From Sumerlaeia bacterium (GTDB taxonomy: Bacteria; Sumerlaeota; Sumerlaeia; SLMS01; JAHLLQ01): a DNA stretch of 64,000 nucleotides. Positions 18,740 through 27,491 of this stretch are shown here, piece after piece. Below the pieces are notes generated by a model. That model searched no databases. It was not told the DNA's origin and saw nothing but the letters and a program-made list of their open reading frames with translations. Position 1 is the first letter of the stretch. Every line of letters starts with the position of its first letter. Made by a program: the position numbers and the translations under genes. The stretch is from assembly GCA_040219255.1 (NCBI GenBank), contig JAVJSW010000049.1:58067-122066 (forward strand). The letters are read 5' to 3'.

Positions 18740-19473
18740 ACGAAACCGTCTCTCTCTACTCCCACATCGCCACCACCCACGGCCTCACCGGCCTCTTCGC
18801 CAAGGTCACGCTGCTGGCGGTTCTCGGCGCCGTCGCCGGAGGCAATAGAAAACCTGGCCAACAACTCCTGACGCTCACCTTCGCGGCGATGTTTTTCGTC
18901 AGCTTTTTCAGCCTCACCGCGTGGCTGCCTCCGGGGACGCAGACGCCTCTCATCCCGAGCGCGCTGATGCTGACGCTGGCGCTGACCTTTGGCATCGCGG
19001 CCTTCAAGCCCGAGGGCGAGTGGGCCGTCAAGTCGCCGGTGGGTTGGAAGAACGCGCTGGCCTACTTGGCGCTGGCGTTCGCATTCTACTACCCGGTCTT
19101 CCGGCCCGAACGATGGATCGCCAACTTGTTCCTCTCCCCCACCGGCGCCCTCCCCCAACCCGCGCTGCTGGTGGCGGCCGTGGTCACCTGGCAGAGCGCC
19201 CCCAACGCCCCCCGGCTGGCCGGCTGGGCGGCCAGCGTCGGCGCCCTGATCCTCGGCGCGGTCGACGTCTTTCTCTTTGGCCTCATGTCCTCCACGGTCC
19301 TGATCGCCGCGGGCGGGCTGGCGATTTTCAGCCTGATCCGCGGCACGGTGAAAGCCGGCGGCATCCTGGAAGACGACATCCCGCCAAAAGACATCGCCCG
19401 CGCCCAAACCCGCAAAGCGGTCGTGAAGAAAAAGTCCAAGGAACTCGAAGAGAGGCGCTGGAACCTGAAGTAG
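18736..19473 (+). CDS. Polytopic membrane protein, hypothetical (start uncertain: TTG overlapping the upstream stop, or ATG at ~18889).
   Basis: ORF 18625..19473. The hydrophobic helix LTGLFAKVTLLAVLGAVAGG lies upstream of the first ATG, implying a non-ATG start coupled to the preceding gene. At least 6 predicted TM helices. Confidence 0.5.
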   Translation: MNETVSLYSHIATTHGLTGLFAKVTLLAVLGAVAGGNRKPGQQLLTLTFAAMFFVSFFSLTAWLPPGTQTPLIPSALMLTLALTFGIAAFKPEGEWAVKSPVGWKNALAYLALAFAFYYPVFRPERWIANLFLSPTGALPQPALLVAAVVTWQSAPNAPRLAGWAASVGALILGAVDVFLFGLMSSTVLIAAGGLAIFSLIRGTVKAGGILEDDIPPKDIARAQTRKAVVKKKSKELEERRWNLK

Positions 19474-19608
19474 CGGTACCGCTCCAAGACGTGTCGTAGG
19501 CGTTTTCCATCGTTCGGACGTGCTTGACAAAGTCCAAACCTCAACGCAACTTTTTGGAGGTGCTAAAGGAGCACGACCGAGGAATAAGTCAGGAGGTTGC
19601 ATTCGGAA

Positions 19609-20001
19609 ATGGGTTTGCTGCCGAGTCAAGAAGCGGAACTGCACGCGTCGGCCGTCATCGGGGCCGCCAACGAAGTCCACAATGTCCTGGGTCCGGGCTA
19701 CAAGAAGCCGGTCTATCGGGAAGCCTTTCGCGATGAATTGGCGAGCCGGGGCGTCCCTTTTCTCCTCAATCCGGTTCTTTCCGTCTGCTACAAGGGGCGC
19801 GTCGTCGGCGAAGAAAAGCTCGATTTCCTCGTCGGCCACGACGTCCTGATCGACGTCTTCGACGACGAATACGAGCCGATGCAGGCCTTTAAGATGCGCT
19901 CGCGTCTGGTGGCGACCAAGATGTGCATGGGGATGCTGATCAACTTCAACGTGCCCGAGATGGTGTTCGGCATCCGCCGCATCTGGCCCAAGGCGGCTTG
20001 A
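19609..20001 (+). CDS. GxxExxY-family protein (PDDEXK-like, typically multi-copy in Verrucomicrobia/Planctomycetes).
   Basis: HASAVIGAANEVHNVLGPGYKKPVYREAFRDELASRGVPF matches the N-terminal GxxExxY-family block (here G-Y-K-K-P-V-Y). About 130 aa. Confidence 0.7.
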   Translation: MGLLPSQEAELHASAVIGAANEVHNVLGPGYKKPVYREAFRDELASRGVPFLLNPVLSVCYKGRVVGEEKLDFLVGHDVLIDVFDDEYEPMQAFKMRSRLVATKMCMGMLINFNVPEMVFGIRRIWPKAA

Positions 20002-20071
20002 CGCCGGCGCGGCCCCTTTCCATGGGTGGGGCAGCCCCTGTGGACGCACCCGCCCGCGCGAAAGCCCGCCG

Positions 20072-21283
20072 ATGACAACTTCTGAAAATTCAACGCCCCC
20101 CGCCTTCGATTGGCGGGGCCGCAATGTCGTCTGCTTTTCCACCGCCGACTGGGACACGCTCTTGCCCACGAACAAGCACCACCTGATGCGGCGGCTGGCG
20201 GCGCGCGGGGCGAGGGTGCTGTTCCTGGAAACGCTCGGGACCCGGGCGCCGAGACTTGCCTCCGGCGTGGATCTGGCCCGCATCGGCCGACGCCTGGGCC
20301 GCGCCGCCAAGGGCCCGCAGAAGCGCGAAAACCGCCTCTACAGCCTCTCGCCCCTCGTGCGGCCCCGCTGGGCCAATCCGGTGGACCGGGCGTTGAACCG
20401 CGCCGCCTTCCTGGCCCAGGCCGGGCCGTCGCTCCGCCGGATGCCCGATGCCATTGCCTGGATCTATTCGCCTTACGCGATCTATCTCCTGGACCAGGTC
20501 AAGCCCGCCAAGGTTGTCTATCACATGGTGGACGACTTGACGGCGGTGCCCGGCGCGGATCGCGACGCGATGGCCGAGGCCGAGCGGGCGCTGCTGCGAC
20601 GGGCGGATTGTGTGTTCTGTACCGAGCGCTCGCTCCACGCGCGGGCTCTGCGCGAAAACCCGCGGGCGCTCTATATGCCCAACGTCGCGGATTTTGCCCA
20701 TTTTTCCGAACCCCGCACCATGAGCCCGAACGATGAGCGCCTGCGCCGCCTCCGCGAGATGGACGGCCCAAAGCTCGTCTTCAGCGGCCACATCACGCCC
20801 CATAAGACCGACCTGGAGTTGTTGGAGGTTCTCGCCCGCGAGCGCCCCGCCTGGCACTTCGTCCTCATCGGCCCCGTCTGGGAAGGCGCCGAACGCCCCG
20901 CCGCGCTCCAGGCCCTGGAGGGCCTGCCCAACGTCCAGTTCTTCGGCCATGTGGACTACGCGGACCTGCCCGCCTACCTGCACGAGGCCGGCGTGCTGAT
21001 GATTCCCTACTCCGACACGCCCGCCACCCGCGCCGTTTTTCCGCTCAAGTTCTTCGAATACCTCGCCACGGGCCGACCGGTCGTCGTTTCGCCCCTGCCG
21101 TCGCTCAGCGAATACGCCGCCCTCGTCCCCATGGCGCACGCCCCGACGGCGTGGCTGGAGACACTGGAGCGGGTGCTCTCCGAGCCTGGCGAGGGCGCGC
21201 CGCAACGCATCGCCCTCGCGTGCGAGAACACCTGGGACACCCGTCTGCTCCAAATGGAGCGGGCGCTCACCCAGATTTCTTAG
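20072..21283 (+). CDS. Glycosyltransferase, GT-B fold (GT1/GT4-like).
   Basis: C-terminal nucleotide-sugar binding block LVFSGHITPHKTDLELL....VQFFGHVDYADLPAYLHEAGVLMIPYS....FPLKFFEYLATGRPVV (E-x7-E-like). Confidence 0.8.
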   Translation: MTTSENSTPPAFDWRGRNVVCFSTADWDTLLPTNKHHLMRRLAARGARVLFLETLGTRAPRLASGVDLARIGRRLGRAAKGPQKRENRLYSLSPLVRPRWANPVDRALNRAAFLAQAGPSLRRMPDAIAWIYSPYAIYLLDQVKPAKVVYHMVDDLTAVPGADRDAMAEAERALLRRADCVFCTERSLHARALRENPRALYMPNVADFAHFSEPRTMSPNDERLRRLREMDGPKLVFSGHITPHKTDLELLEVLARERPAWHFVLIGPVWEGAERPAALQALEGLPNVQFFGHVDYADLPAYLHEAGVLMIPYSDTPATRAVFPLKFFEYLATGRPVVVSPLPSLSEYAALVPMAHAPTAWLETLERVLSEPGEGAPQRIALACENTWDTRLLQMERALTQIS

Positions 21284-21293
21284 GCGGCTTCGC

Positions 21294-23099
21294 TCAGTCC
21301 AACTCGTCCAGATCCAAATCCTCCAGCGGCCGTTTCGGCGGCCTCGCTGGCGGAGGCGGCGGAGGCGGCGGCGGCTGAGCCGAAGGGTTCGTTTCGCCCT
21401 TCGTCGTCCCCGGAGGCGCGCCCCCCGGTGTGTCGAAGATGCGGTACTTGATTTCCGTGGAAGGCCGTTGCTGAGGCCCCTGCGGCGCGGCCGGCGGCGG
21501 CGCGGGACCCGACCCGCCGGTCGGTTTCGGCGGCATCGCGGGCCGGGGCTGAGCACCCGGATCGTTGCGGGGCGCCTGCGGACGCGGAGGCAGGGGCACG
21601 TTCTCAGCGCCATGGGGCGGCGGCGGCGCGCCCAGCGACACTGCGAATTGCTGCACCGGCGTGTTGACCGGTGCGCGCGGGGGCTGGGCGGGACGTCCAG
21701 AAACCGGCGGAGCCCCCTCTCCCGGCGAGGTGTCGCCCCCGCCGTGGGAGGCCGCGTCCATCATCGCCTGCAGATTGCGTTGCGAACGTTGCGCCGGCGG
21801 ACGCGGTGCCCGGTCCGTATCCCGCTCCTTGCGGCCCCGGGGGCGAGCCAGGGGAACCTTCAACCTCTCCGGATCGATGCTCAGCGGCGGCACGCCTTCG
21901 TTCGAATAGGTGATTTCCAGACCGCTCCCGAACTTGCTGGCGAGACTGATGCGTTGCGGAACCTCGAAATCGCCCTCGATCGTTTCCCACGGATCGTCCA
22001 GGTTGGTCCATTCCGACCCCGTGGTGACACCGATGCCGCGAAACTTCATCTGCAAATCGTCCGCGCTGTCCGCCGCGTTCAACGCGTCGTCGAGCGTGAT
22101 CTGGCCCTGCTTCACCAGGCGGTACAGCGCCAGGTCGAAGCTCTGGATTCCATAGCTGTTCTCCGCCTGAAGGGCTTCCTTGAGTTCCGACATGTCTCCC
22201 TTGCGGATCATCGCGGAGATGTGAGGCGCGTTCACCAGCACCTCGACCGCCGCCACACGGCCGCCGTTGGTGCGGGGCACCAGGCGCTGGCAAATGATCG
22301 CCCTCAGGTTCAGCGACATCTGAAGGTAAATCTGCTCCTTCGCGCTTCCCGGATAGAACCCCGGAATGCGCTCCACCGCCAACAGCGCGTTCGTCGAGTG
22401 CAGCGTCGCCATCACCAGGTGGCCCGTCTCCGCCGCGTGCATGGCGAAACGCACCGACTCCTCGTCGCGCATTTCACCGATACAGATGACCTCCGGCGCC
22501 TGACGCAGACTGCTCCGCATCGCCTGATGAAAGGAATCGGTGTCGATGCCCACCTCCCGCTGCGTGATGATGCAGCGCCGGTGCTGGAATACGTACTCGA
22601 CCGGATCCTCGATGGTGACGATGTGCCCGGGCAGGATGTGGTTGCGGTAGTCGATCAGCGACGCCATCGTCGTCGATTTGCCCGACCCCGTGGACCCAGT
22701 GACGATCACGATGCCCCGGTCGCCGAGGGAAATCTCGCGCAACACCGGCGGCAGCCCGAGCTGGCGCATCGTCGGCACGCTCATGGAAACCCGCCGCATC
22801 ACGATGCCGATCGAACCGCGCTGCCAGTAAACGCTCACCCGGAAGCGTCCGATCTTCGGGTCCATGTACGACAGGTTCGCTTCGCGCTCGCGCTCGAAAT
22901 CCTCCCATTGATCCACCGACATCAATTGCCGCGCGAAATCCTCCAGCGTGAACGGATCGATCCGCAGGCCCTTCGAGGTCTGCATCGGGTAGTAGCCGCC
23001 GTCGCAGGAAATGCAGGGAACCGCCCCAGCCACGAAGTAAATGTCGGACGCGCCCGCCTCGGTCGCTTCGCTCAGAAAGTCTTCCAGTTTTGCCGTCAC
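21294..23099 (-). CDS. pilT: Type IV pilus retraction ATPase PilT/PilU family, with ~230-aa proline-rich C-terminal extension.
   Basis: Walker A GSTGSGKST. Asp box and Walker B VICIGEMRDEESV. His box AAETGHLVMATLHSTNA. The N-terminal 370 aa are collinear with PilT. The remaining residues are Pro/Gly/Gln-rich low complexity ending PPPPPPPPPARPPKRPLEDLDLDELD. Confidence 0.9.
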   Translation of the reverse strand: MTAKLEDFLSEATEAGASDIYFVAGAVPCISCDGGYYPMQTSKGLRIDPFTLEDFARQLMSVDQWEDFEREREANLSYMDPKIGRFRVSVYWQRGSIGIVMRRVSMSVPTMRQLGLPPVLREISLGDRGIVIVTGSTGSGKSTTMASLIDYRNHILPGHIVTIEDPVEYVFQHRRCIITQREVGIDTDSFHQAMRSSLRQAPEVICIGEMRDEESVRFAMHAAETGHLVMATLHSTNALLAVERIPGFYPGSAKEQIYLQMSLNLRAIICQRLVPRTNGGRVAAVEVLVNAPHISAMIRKGDMSELKEALQAENSYGIQSFDLALYRLVKQGQITLDDALNAADSADDLQMKFRGIGVTTGSEWTNLDDPWETIEGDFEVPQRISLASKFGSGLEITYSNEGVPPLSIDPERLKVPLARPRGRKERDTDRAPRPPAQRSQRNLQAMMDAASHGGGDTSPGEGAPPVSGRPAQPPRAPVNTPVQQFAVSLGAPPPPHGAENVPLPPRPQAPRNDPGAQPRPAMPPKPTGGSGPAPPPAAPQGPQQRPSTEIKYRIFDTPGGAPPGTTKGETNPSAQPPPPPPPPPARPPKRPLEDLDLDELD

Positions 23100-23222
23100 A
23101 AATGCGATTTCCCAATGAGTCTTGGATTTCGATCACTACGGACTAATAGAAATAGGCACCCGAAGACCGCGTTGCAAGGACAGAAAGGGAGCCCATCCAT
23201 CCAAAATCTCCGGCCACCCGCC

Positions 23223-24374
23223 TCACAGCACCCGCAGCTCTTTCGGCGACTTCGAAAGCACCCGGCAGCCCCCCTCTTCCACCACCACCAGATCCTCGAT
23301 GCGCACGCCGCCGAATCCCGGGACGTAGATCCCCGGCTCGATCGTCATCACATTCCCCGGCACCAGCTTCACATCCTCATTCGTATCAGCGCTGAAGCGC
23401 GGAGACTCATGAATCTCCATCCCCACCGCATGGCCCAGCCCGTGGTTGAAATCCGGGAACCCGTGGCTCTTTACGATCTCGCGCGCCATGGCGTCCAATT
23501 CGCGGCAAATCGCCCCGGCGCGGCAGGCCTTGATCACGGCCTCGTTGGCGTCCAGACACGCCGCGTACATCTTCTCGTAGTCCCTGCTGGCCTTGCCGAT
23601 CACCGGGTTGCGCGTCAGATCCGAGCAATACCCATCCACCACCGCCCCCAAGTCCACCGTCACCATATCGCCCTTCTTCATCTTGCGCTTGCCCGGCGAG
23701 TGATGCGGCCGCGAGGCGTTCGGCCCGCTCGCCACGATGTTGGTAAAGGACTCGCCCCGCACGCCCAAATCCTCGGCGGCGCGCCGAATGGCCAGGCTGA
23801 CTTCCCACTCGCGCACGCCCGAGCGGATGTTTTGAAAAGCCACCTCCATCATCTGGTCCGCGACTTTGGCCGCTTTGCGGATGGCCTTGATTTCCCCCGC
23901 GTCCTTGACCTGGCGCAATTCCTCCACCTGCCCGCTGACCTTCGCCAGCTTCGTCTTGGCGCCGGTGGTGCGCTCCTTCAGCTTATCGAAAGCATCGACG
24001 GACAGCGAACCCTCAAAGCCCAACTTCCCGTATCCCAGGTCTTTGAACAGGTCCTTGAAGAATTCGTCCTTGCCGCCCTTCGGTTCGGCCACGATCCGGG
24101 CGCTCGAACCACTCTCGGCCAGCAAACCCTCCGCGATTTCCCAGTACCGCCCATCGGTCACCAGCCGCGCCGCCTCGCCATCCACGATCAGCAGGCCGTG
24201 GCTCCCCGCGAAGCCCGTCAGGTAATTGATATTGACGAGGTTCTGGATCAGCAGAGCGTCCACCTCGGCGGCGCGGATGCGCTCGCGCAGGCGCTCGAGC
24301 CGCTGCTCGACGACCGGCTTCCCGGCAGCGGTGGGGTCGGTCTTGGCGGTTTTCTTCGACGATTTCTTAGCCAT
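23223..24374 (-). CDS. Xaa-Pro aminopeptidase / M24B family metallopeptidase (creatinase N-domain + pita-bread fold).
   Basis: ORF 23223..25535. The true start MAKKSSKK at 24374 is frame-consistent; the upstream extension is Arg/Gly-rich junk. Metal ligands appear in context: DMVTVDLGAVVDGYCSDLTR, HGLGHAVGMEIHE, MTIEPGIY, GVRIEDLVVV. Confidence 0.85.
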   Translation of the reverse strand: MAKKSSKKTAKTDPTAAGKPVVEQRLERLRERIRAAEVDALLIQNLVNINYLTGFAGSHGLLIVDGEAARLVTDGRYWEIAEGLLAESGSSARIVAEPKGGKDEFFKDLFKDLGYGKLGFEGSLSVDAFDKLKERTTGAKTKLAKVSGQVEELRQVKDAGEIKAIRKAAKVADQMMEVAFQNIRSGVREWEVSLAIRRAAEDLGVRGESFTNIVASGPNASRPHHSPGKRKMKKGDMVTVDLGAVVDGYCSDLTRNPVIGKASRDYEKMYAACLDANEAVIKACRAGAICRELDAMAREIVKSHGFPDFNHGLGHAVGMEIHESPRFSADTNEDVKLVPGNVMTIEPGIYVPGFGGVRIEDLVVVEEGGCRVLSKSPKELRVL

Positions 24375-24536
24375 CGGTTCCTTGCTCCCGGAAAAAGCTG
24401 GGGCCGCATTGAACAGGATTTTCCGCCGCCCGGCACAAGTTGAATCGCGGCGCGCGATTGACCGCTTGCCATCGCTCCGGCAGCCCCCGCACTCTGCCCC
24501 GTCCCTTCGCGCCCTAGGAAAGGCCCCCCCACCGCC

Positions 24537-25868
24537 ATGACGAATCCCGCATCCGCCAGCGTGCCCCTCGACCGCCGCAAAGTCTGGTCCTGGGCCCTTT
24601 ACGATTGGGCCAACAGCGCCTTCGCCACGACGGTGATGGTCGCTTTCTTTCCCGTTTTCTATAAGAGCTATCTGCGCGGCGGGGTCGAGGACGCCGTGTC
24701 CTCCAAGGAACTGCTCATCGCCATCTCGATCTCCGGCATCCTCATCGCCCTCAGCGCCCCCTTCCTGGGCGCCATCGCGGACCGCGGCGGGGCCAAGAAG
24801 CGCCTCCTCGCCGTCTTCGCTTCCCTGGGCGTCCTGACCACGGCGCTGCTCGGCTTCTCCTCGCCGGCCTTCGGGCTGGTGGCATTGGTGGTCTTTGTGC
24901 TGGCCAACATCGGATTCAGCGGCGCCAACATTTTCTACGACTCCCTCCTGCCAGCCGTCGCCCCCGACGAAAAAAGCGACTCCGTCTCCGCCTTCGGTTT
25001 CGCCCTCGGCTACCTCGGCGGGGGCGTGCTCTTCGCCGTCAACGTCGTCATGCTGTCCATGCACGAGAAGCTCGGCATCGAACAAGAAACCGCGACAAAA
25101 CTCTCCTTCCTCAGCGTCGCCGCATGGTGGGCGTTGTTCTCGATTCCGCTCTTCAAGGGAGTTCCCGAGCCGGAAGTTTCCGGCGGGAAAGTGCCGATGC
25201 GCGACGCCGCGCGTGCGGGCTGGCTTCAGTTGAAGCAGACCCTCGCTCATATCATGCGGGTCAAGAACGTGTTCCTGTTCCTGATTGCTTATTTGCTTTA
25301 TATCGATGGCGTGAATACGGTCATGAAGACCGCCACGACCATCGGAACCTCCATCGGCATTGGGGCGCCGGATATGATGAAGGCGATCCTGATGATCCAG
25401 TTCATCGGCTTTCCTGCCGCCATCGCCTTTGGCTATCTCGGCGAGAAGATCGGCACCCGCAAAGGCATCCTGATCGCCATCGGAGTGTACGGCCTCATTG
25501 TGATCGGGGCGTCTCAACTGCGCGAGAACTGGCACTTCTACGCCCTCGCCGCGGGGGTTGGCCTCGTGCAGGGCGGCGTCCAGTCGCTCTCTCGGTCCTA
25601 CTTCTCGCGCATCATTCCGGCGGGCAAGGCGGGCGAGTTCTTCGGCTTCTACAATATGCTCGGCAAGTTCGCCACCGTCTTCGGCCCCATCCTGATCAGC
25701 CTCGGTCTGGTGATCGCGGGCAGAGCGGGGCTCGAAGGCCCCGACGCCACCCGCGCCGCTATGCCGTCACTGCTGATTCTGTTCGTGGCCGGCGGCGTCC
25801 TGCTGTGGAAAGTCCGCGATCCGGACGCCAAGCCCTCCCCCGCCGAGGACGGCGAGGCCGTTGCCTGA
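24537..25868 (+). CDS. MFS transporter, UMF1/Atg22-like family.
   Basis: Hallmark N-terminus WSWALYDWANSAFATTV. About 12 predicted TM helices. C-terminal hydrophilic tail. Confidence 0.8.
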   Translation: MTNPASASVPLDRRKVWSWALYDWANSAFATTVMVAFFPVFYKSYLRGGVEDAVSSKELLIAISISGILIALSAPFLGAIADRGGAKKRLLAVFASLGVLTTALLGFSSPAFGLVALVVFVLANIGFSGANIFYDSLLPAVAPDEKSDSVSAFGFALGYLGGGVLFAVNVVMLSMHEKLGIEQETATKLSFLSVAAWWALFSIPLFKGVPEPEVSGGKVPMRDAARAGWLQLKQTLAHIMRVKNVFLFLIAYLLYIDGVNTVMKTATTIGTSIGIGAPDMMKAILMIQFIGFPAAIAFGYLGEKIGTRKGILIAIGVYGLIVIGASQLRENWHFYALAAGVGLVQGGVQSLSRSYFSRIIPAGKAGEFFGFYNMLGKFATVFGPILISLGLVIAGRAGLEGPDATRAAMPSLLILFVAGGVLLWKVRDPDAKPSPAEDGEAVA

Positions 25869-27396
25869 GGCGCGGCGCAAGGCAACGCGGGCGCGGCGCC
25901 GCTGGCCGCCGCTGGGGCTGGCGGTGGCGGGCGCTCTCGTGCTGGCCTACGCCCTGTGGATCGCCGCGACGGTGCTGGAGTGCTGGCCCATCTGGCCCGC
26001 CGAGGCCTCGCCCTACGACTGGGGCACCATGTGGCCGCCGGACCCGTCGCAGCCTTACTATTTCGCCAAGAACCCGAACCTGAGCTGGGGCTGGGAGCAG
26101 TTCCTCATGTTCCCGGCGGGGGTTCGCTGGGCCTCGGTGGTGGCCTTGGCCCTCGCGGCCGGGGGCTTGCTGGCGGCGGGGCGCAGGCCGGTGGCGTGGC
26201 TGAGGAGGCTGGAGGGCGCCTCGCGAGAGATTGGCGCCCACCGCTTGGGCCCGGCTCTGATGGCGACGATTTTCGTGGCTGTGGCGGTGCTTTTTCGCCA
26301 GAGGCGATTCTGGGGAGACTGGGCGCTGTTTTCGTTGAAGCCGCTCGTGGACCCCTTCTGGACCATCGACACGCCGCTGCCCTTCTGGCGGTCGCCCATG
26401 GCTTATGGGACGCAAGAAGCGCTCATCGCCACGCTGCACGGCGCGCTCGGGCTCCCCGCGTCCATGGCGCTGCGCGTGGGGCCGCTGGCGGCGGGGCTGG
26501 TGTGGGTCTTCGGGTTGTGGGAGGCCGCGCGCCAACTCTTCCCCGGGGCCCGCTGGCGGGGACTGCTGTTCTTCGCGGTGGTGCTCAGCTACGGCCTCAC
26601 CGTGCTGGCGTTCGGCTACTTCGAGGCCTATCCCTTCTCGAACGCCATCCTGTTGTGGTATGTGGCGAGTTCGCTGCGGGCCCTGCGCGAGCGCCGCATG
26701 CCCTACGCCGCCGGGTTCTGGATGGGCGTGGCCTGTCTTTATCACCCTCAGAACCTGCTCTACGCACCGGGACTGGCGCTGCCGTGGGCGTTGGCGGCGG
26801 GCGGGGGCCTGGCATGGAACCGTGCCGCCGGCTGGCTGAGGCGCATCGCCGGGGGGCTGGGCGTTTGGGCGCTGATGCTGGTCCCGGTGGGACTGTTCCT
26901 GCTGGTGCAGGAAGCCCGCGGCATGGGGCTGGAGACCATCGCCATCGGCTTCGAAGGCACCGTCTTCGTGCCCGGCGAGGCAGCGGTCGCGGTGGAGCGT
27001 TGGCGGGCCCTGCTCCAGGTCTCGCTCCGGGTCCTGCCCCTCTTTCCGATCCTGGCGGTCTGCGCGGTTTTGCTCGCCGGGCGCTTGCCCTGGCGCAACG
27101 CGCGGTTCGTCTGGCTGGCCCTGCAGGTGCCCTTCGCCGCCTGGATTCTTCTGGTGATCGAAAACCGGCTGCCGCTCTGGTACGATTGGGACCTGATGTC
27201 TCCGCACTTGACGATGCTGGGGTTGTGGTGCGCGGCGGGGCTGGCGGGGTTGAGATACCGGGTGCGATGGGTGGTTTTGGCGGCTATCCTGGTGGTCGTT
27301 TTCCAGGTCTGGGTCCTAGGCTTCTGGCTGGGGCGAAACGCCGTCGCCGACCCGCAGCAGCGCGCCGCCATGGAATTTTATGGGCTTGCGTATTGA
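25861..27396 (+). CDS. Polytopic integral membrane protein, hypothetical (possibly glycosyltransferase-C-like).
   Basis: Trp/Leu-rich with at least 10 TM helices. Overlaps the MFS gene end by 8 nt. No catalytic motif recognised. Confidence 0.55.
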   Translation: MPEARRKATRARRRWPPLGLAVAGALVLAYALWIAATVLECWPIWPAEASPYDWGTMWPPDPSQPYYFAKNPNLSWGWEQFLMFPAGVRWASVVALALAAGGLLAAGRRPVAWLRRLEGASREIGAHRLGPALMATIFVAVAVLFRQRRFWGDWALFSLKPLVDPFWTIDTPLPFWRSPMAYGTQEALIATLHGALGLPASMALRVGPLAAGLVWVFGLWEAARQLFPGARWRGLLFFAVVLSYGLTVLAFGYFEAYPFSNAILLWYVASSLRALRERRMPYAAGFWMGVACLYHPQNLLYAPGLALPWALAAGGGLAWNRAAGWLRRIAGGLGVWALMLVPVGLFLLVQEARGMGLETIAIGFEGTVFVPGEAAVAVERWRALLQVSLRVLPLFPILAVCAVLLAGRLPWRNARFVWLALQVPFAAWILLVIENRLPLWYDWDLMSPHLTMLGLWCAAGLAGLRYRVRWVVLAAILVVVFQVWVLGFWLGRNAVADPQQRAAMEFYGLAY

Positions 27397-27491
27397 AAAG
27401 GGTCTGAATCATAGATGCGCCACAATTTTCCCTCGCTAAACTATTTTCCTTCCACTCATTGCTTGGATTTCGAACAGGACCGCTCAAAAGT

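Noticed and set aside
19474-19500. Perfect 10-bp palindrome GCGGTACCGC after the membrane-protein gene
   Set aside because: The stem is too short and there is no T-tract, so it is probably not a terminator. It could be a restriction-site-like coincidence.
21468-24443. 991-aa plus-strand ORF
   Set aside because: It is entirely antisense to PilT and the M24 peptidase. Arg/His/Pro/Gly-dominated low-complexity translation with no motifs. Classic GC-rich stop-codon-poor artefact.
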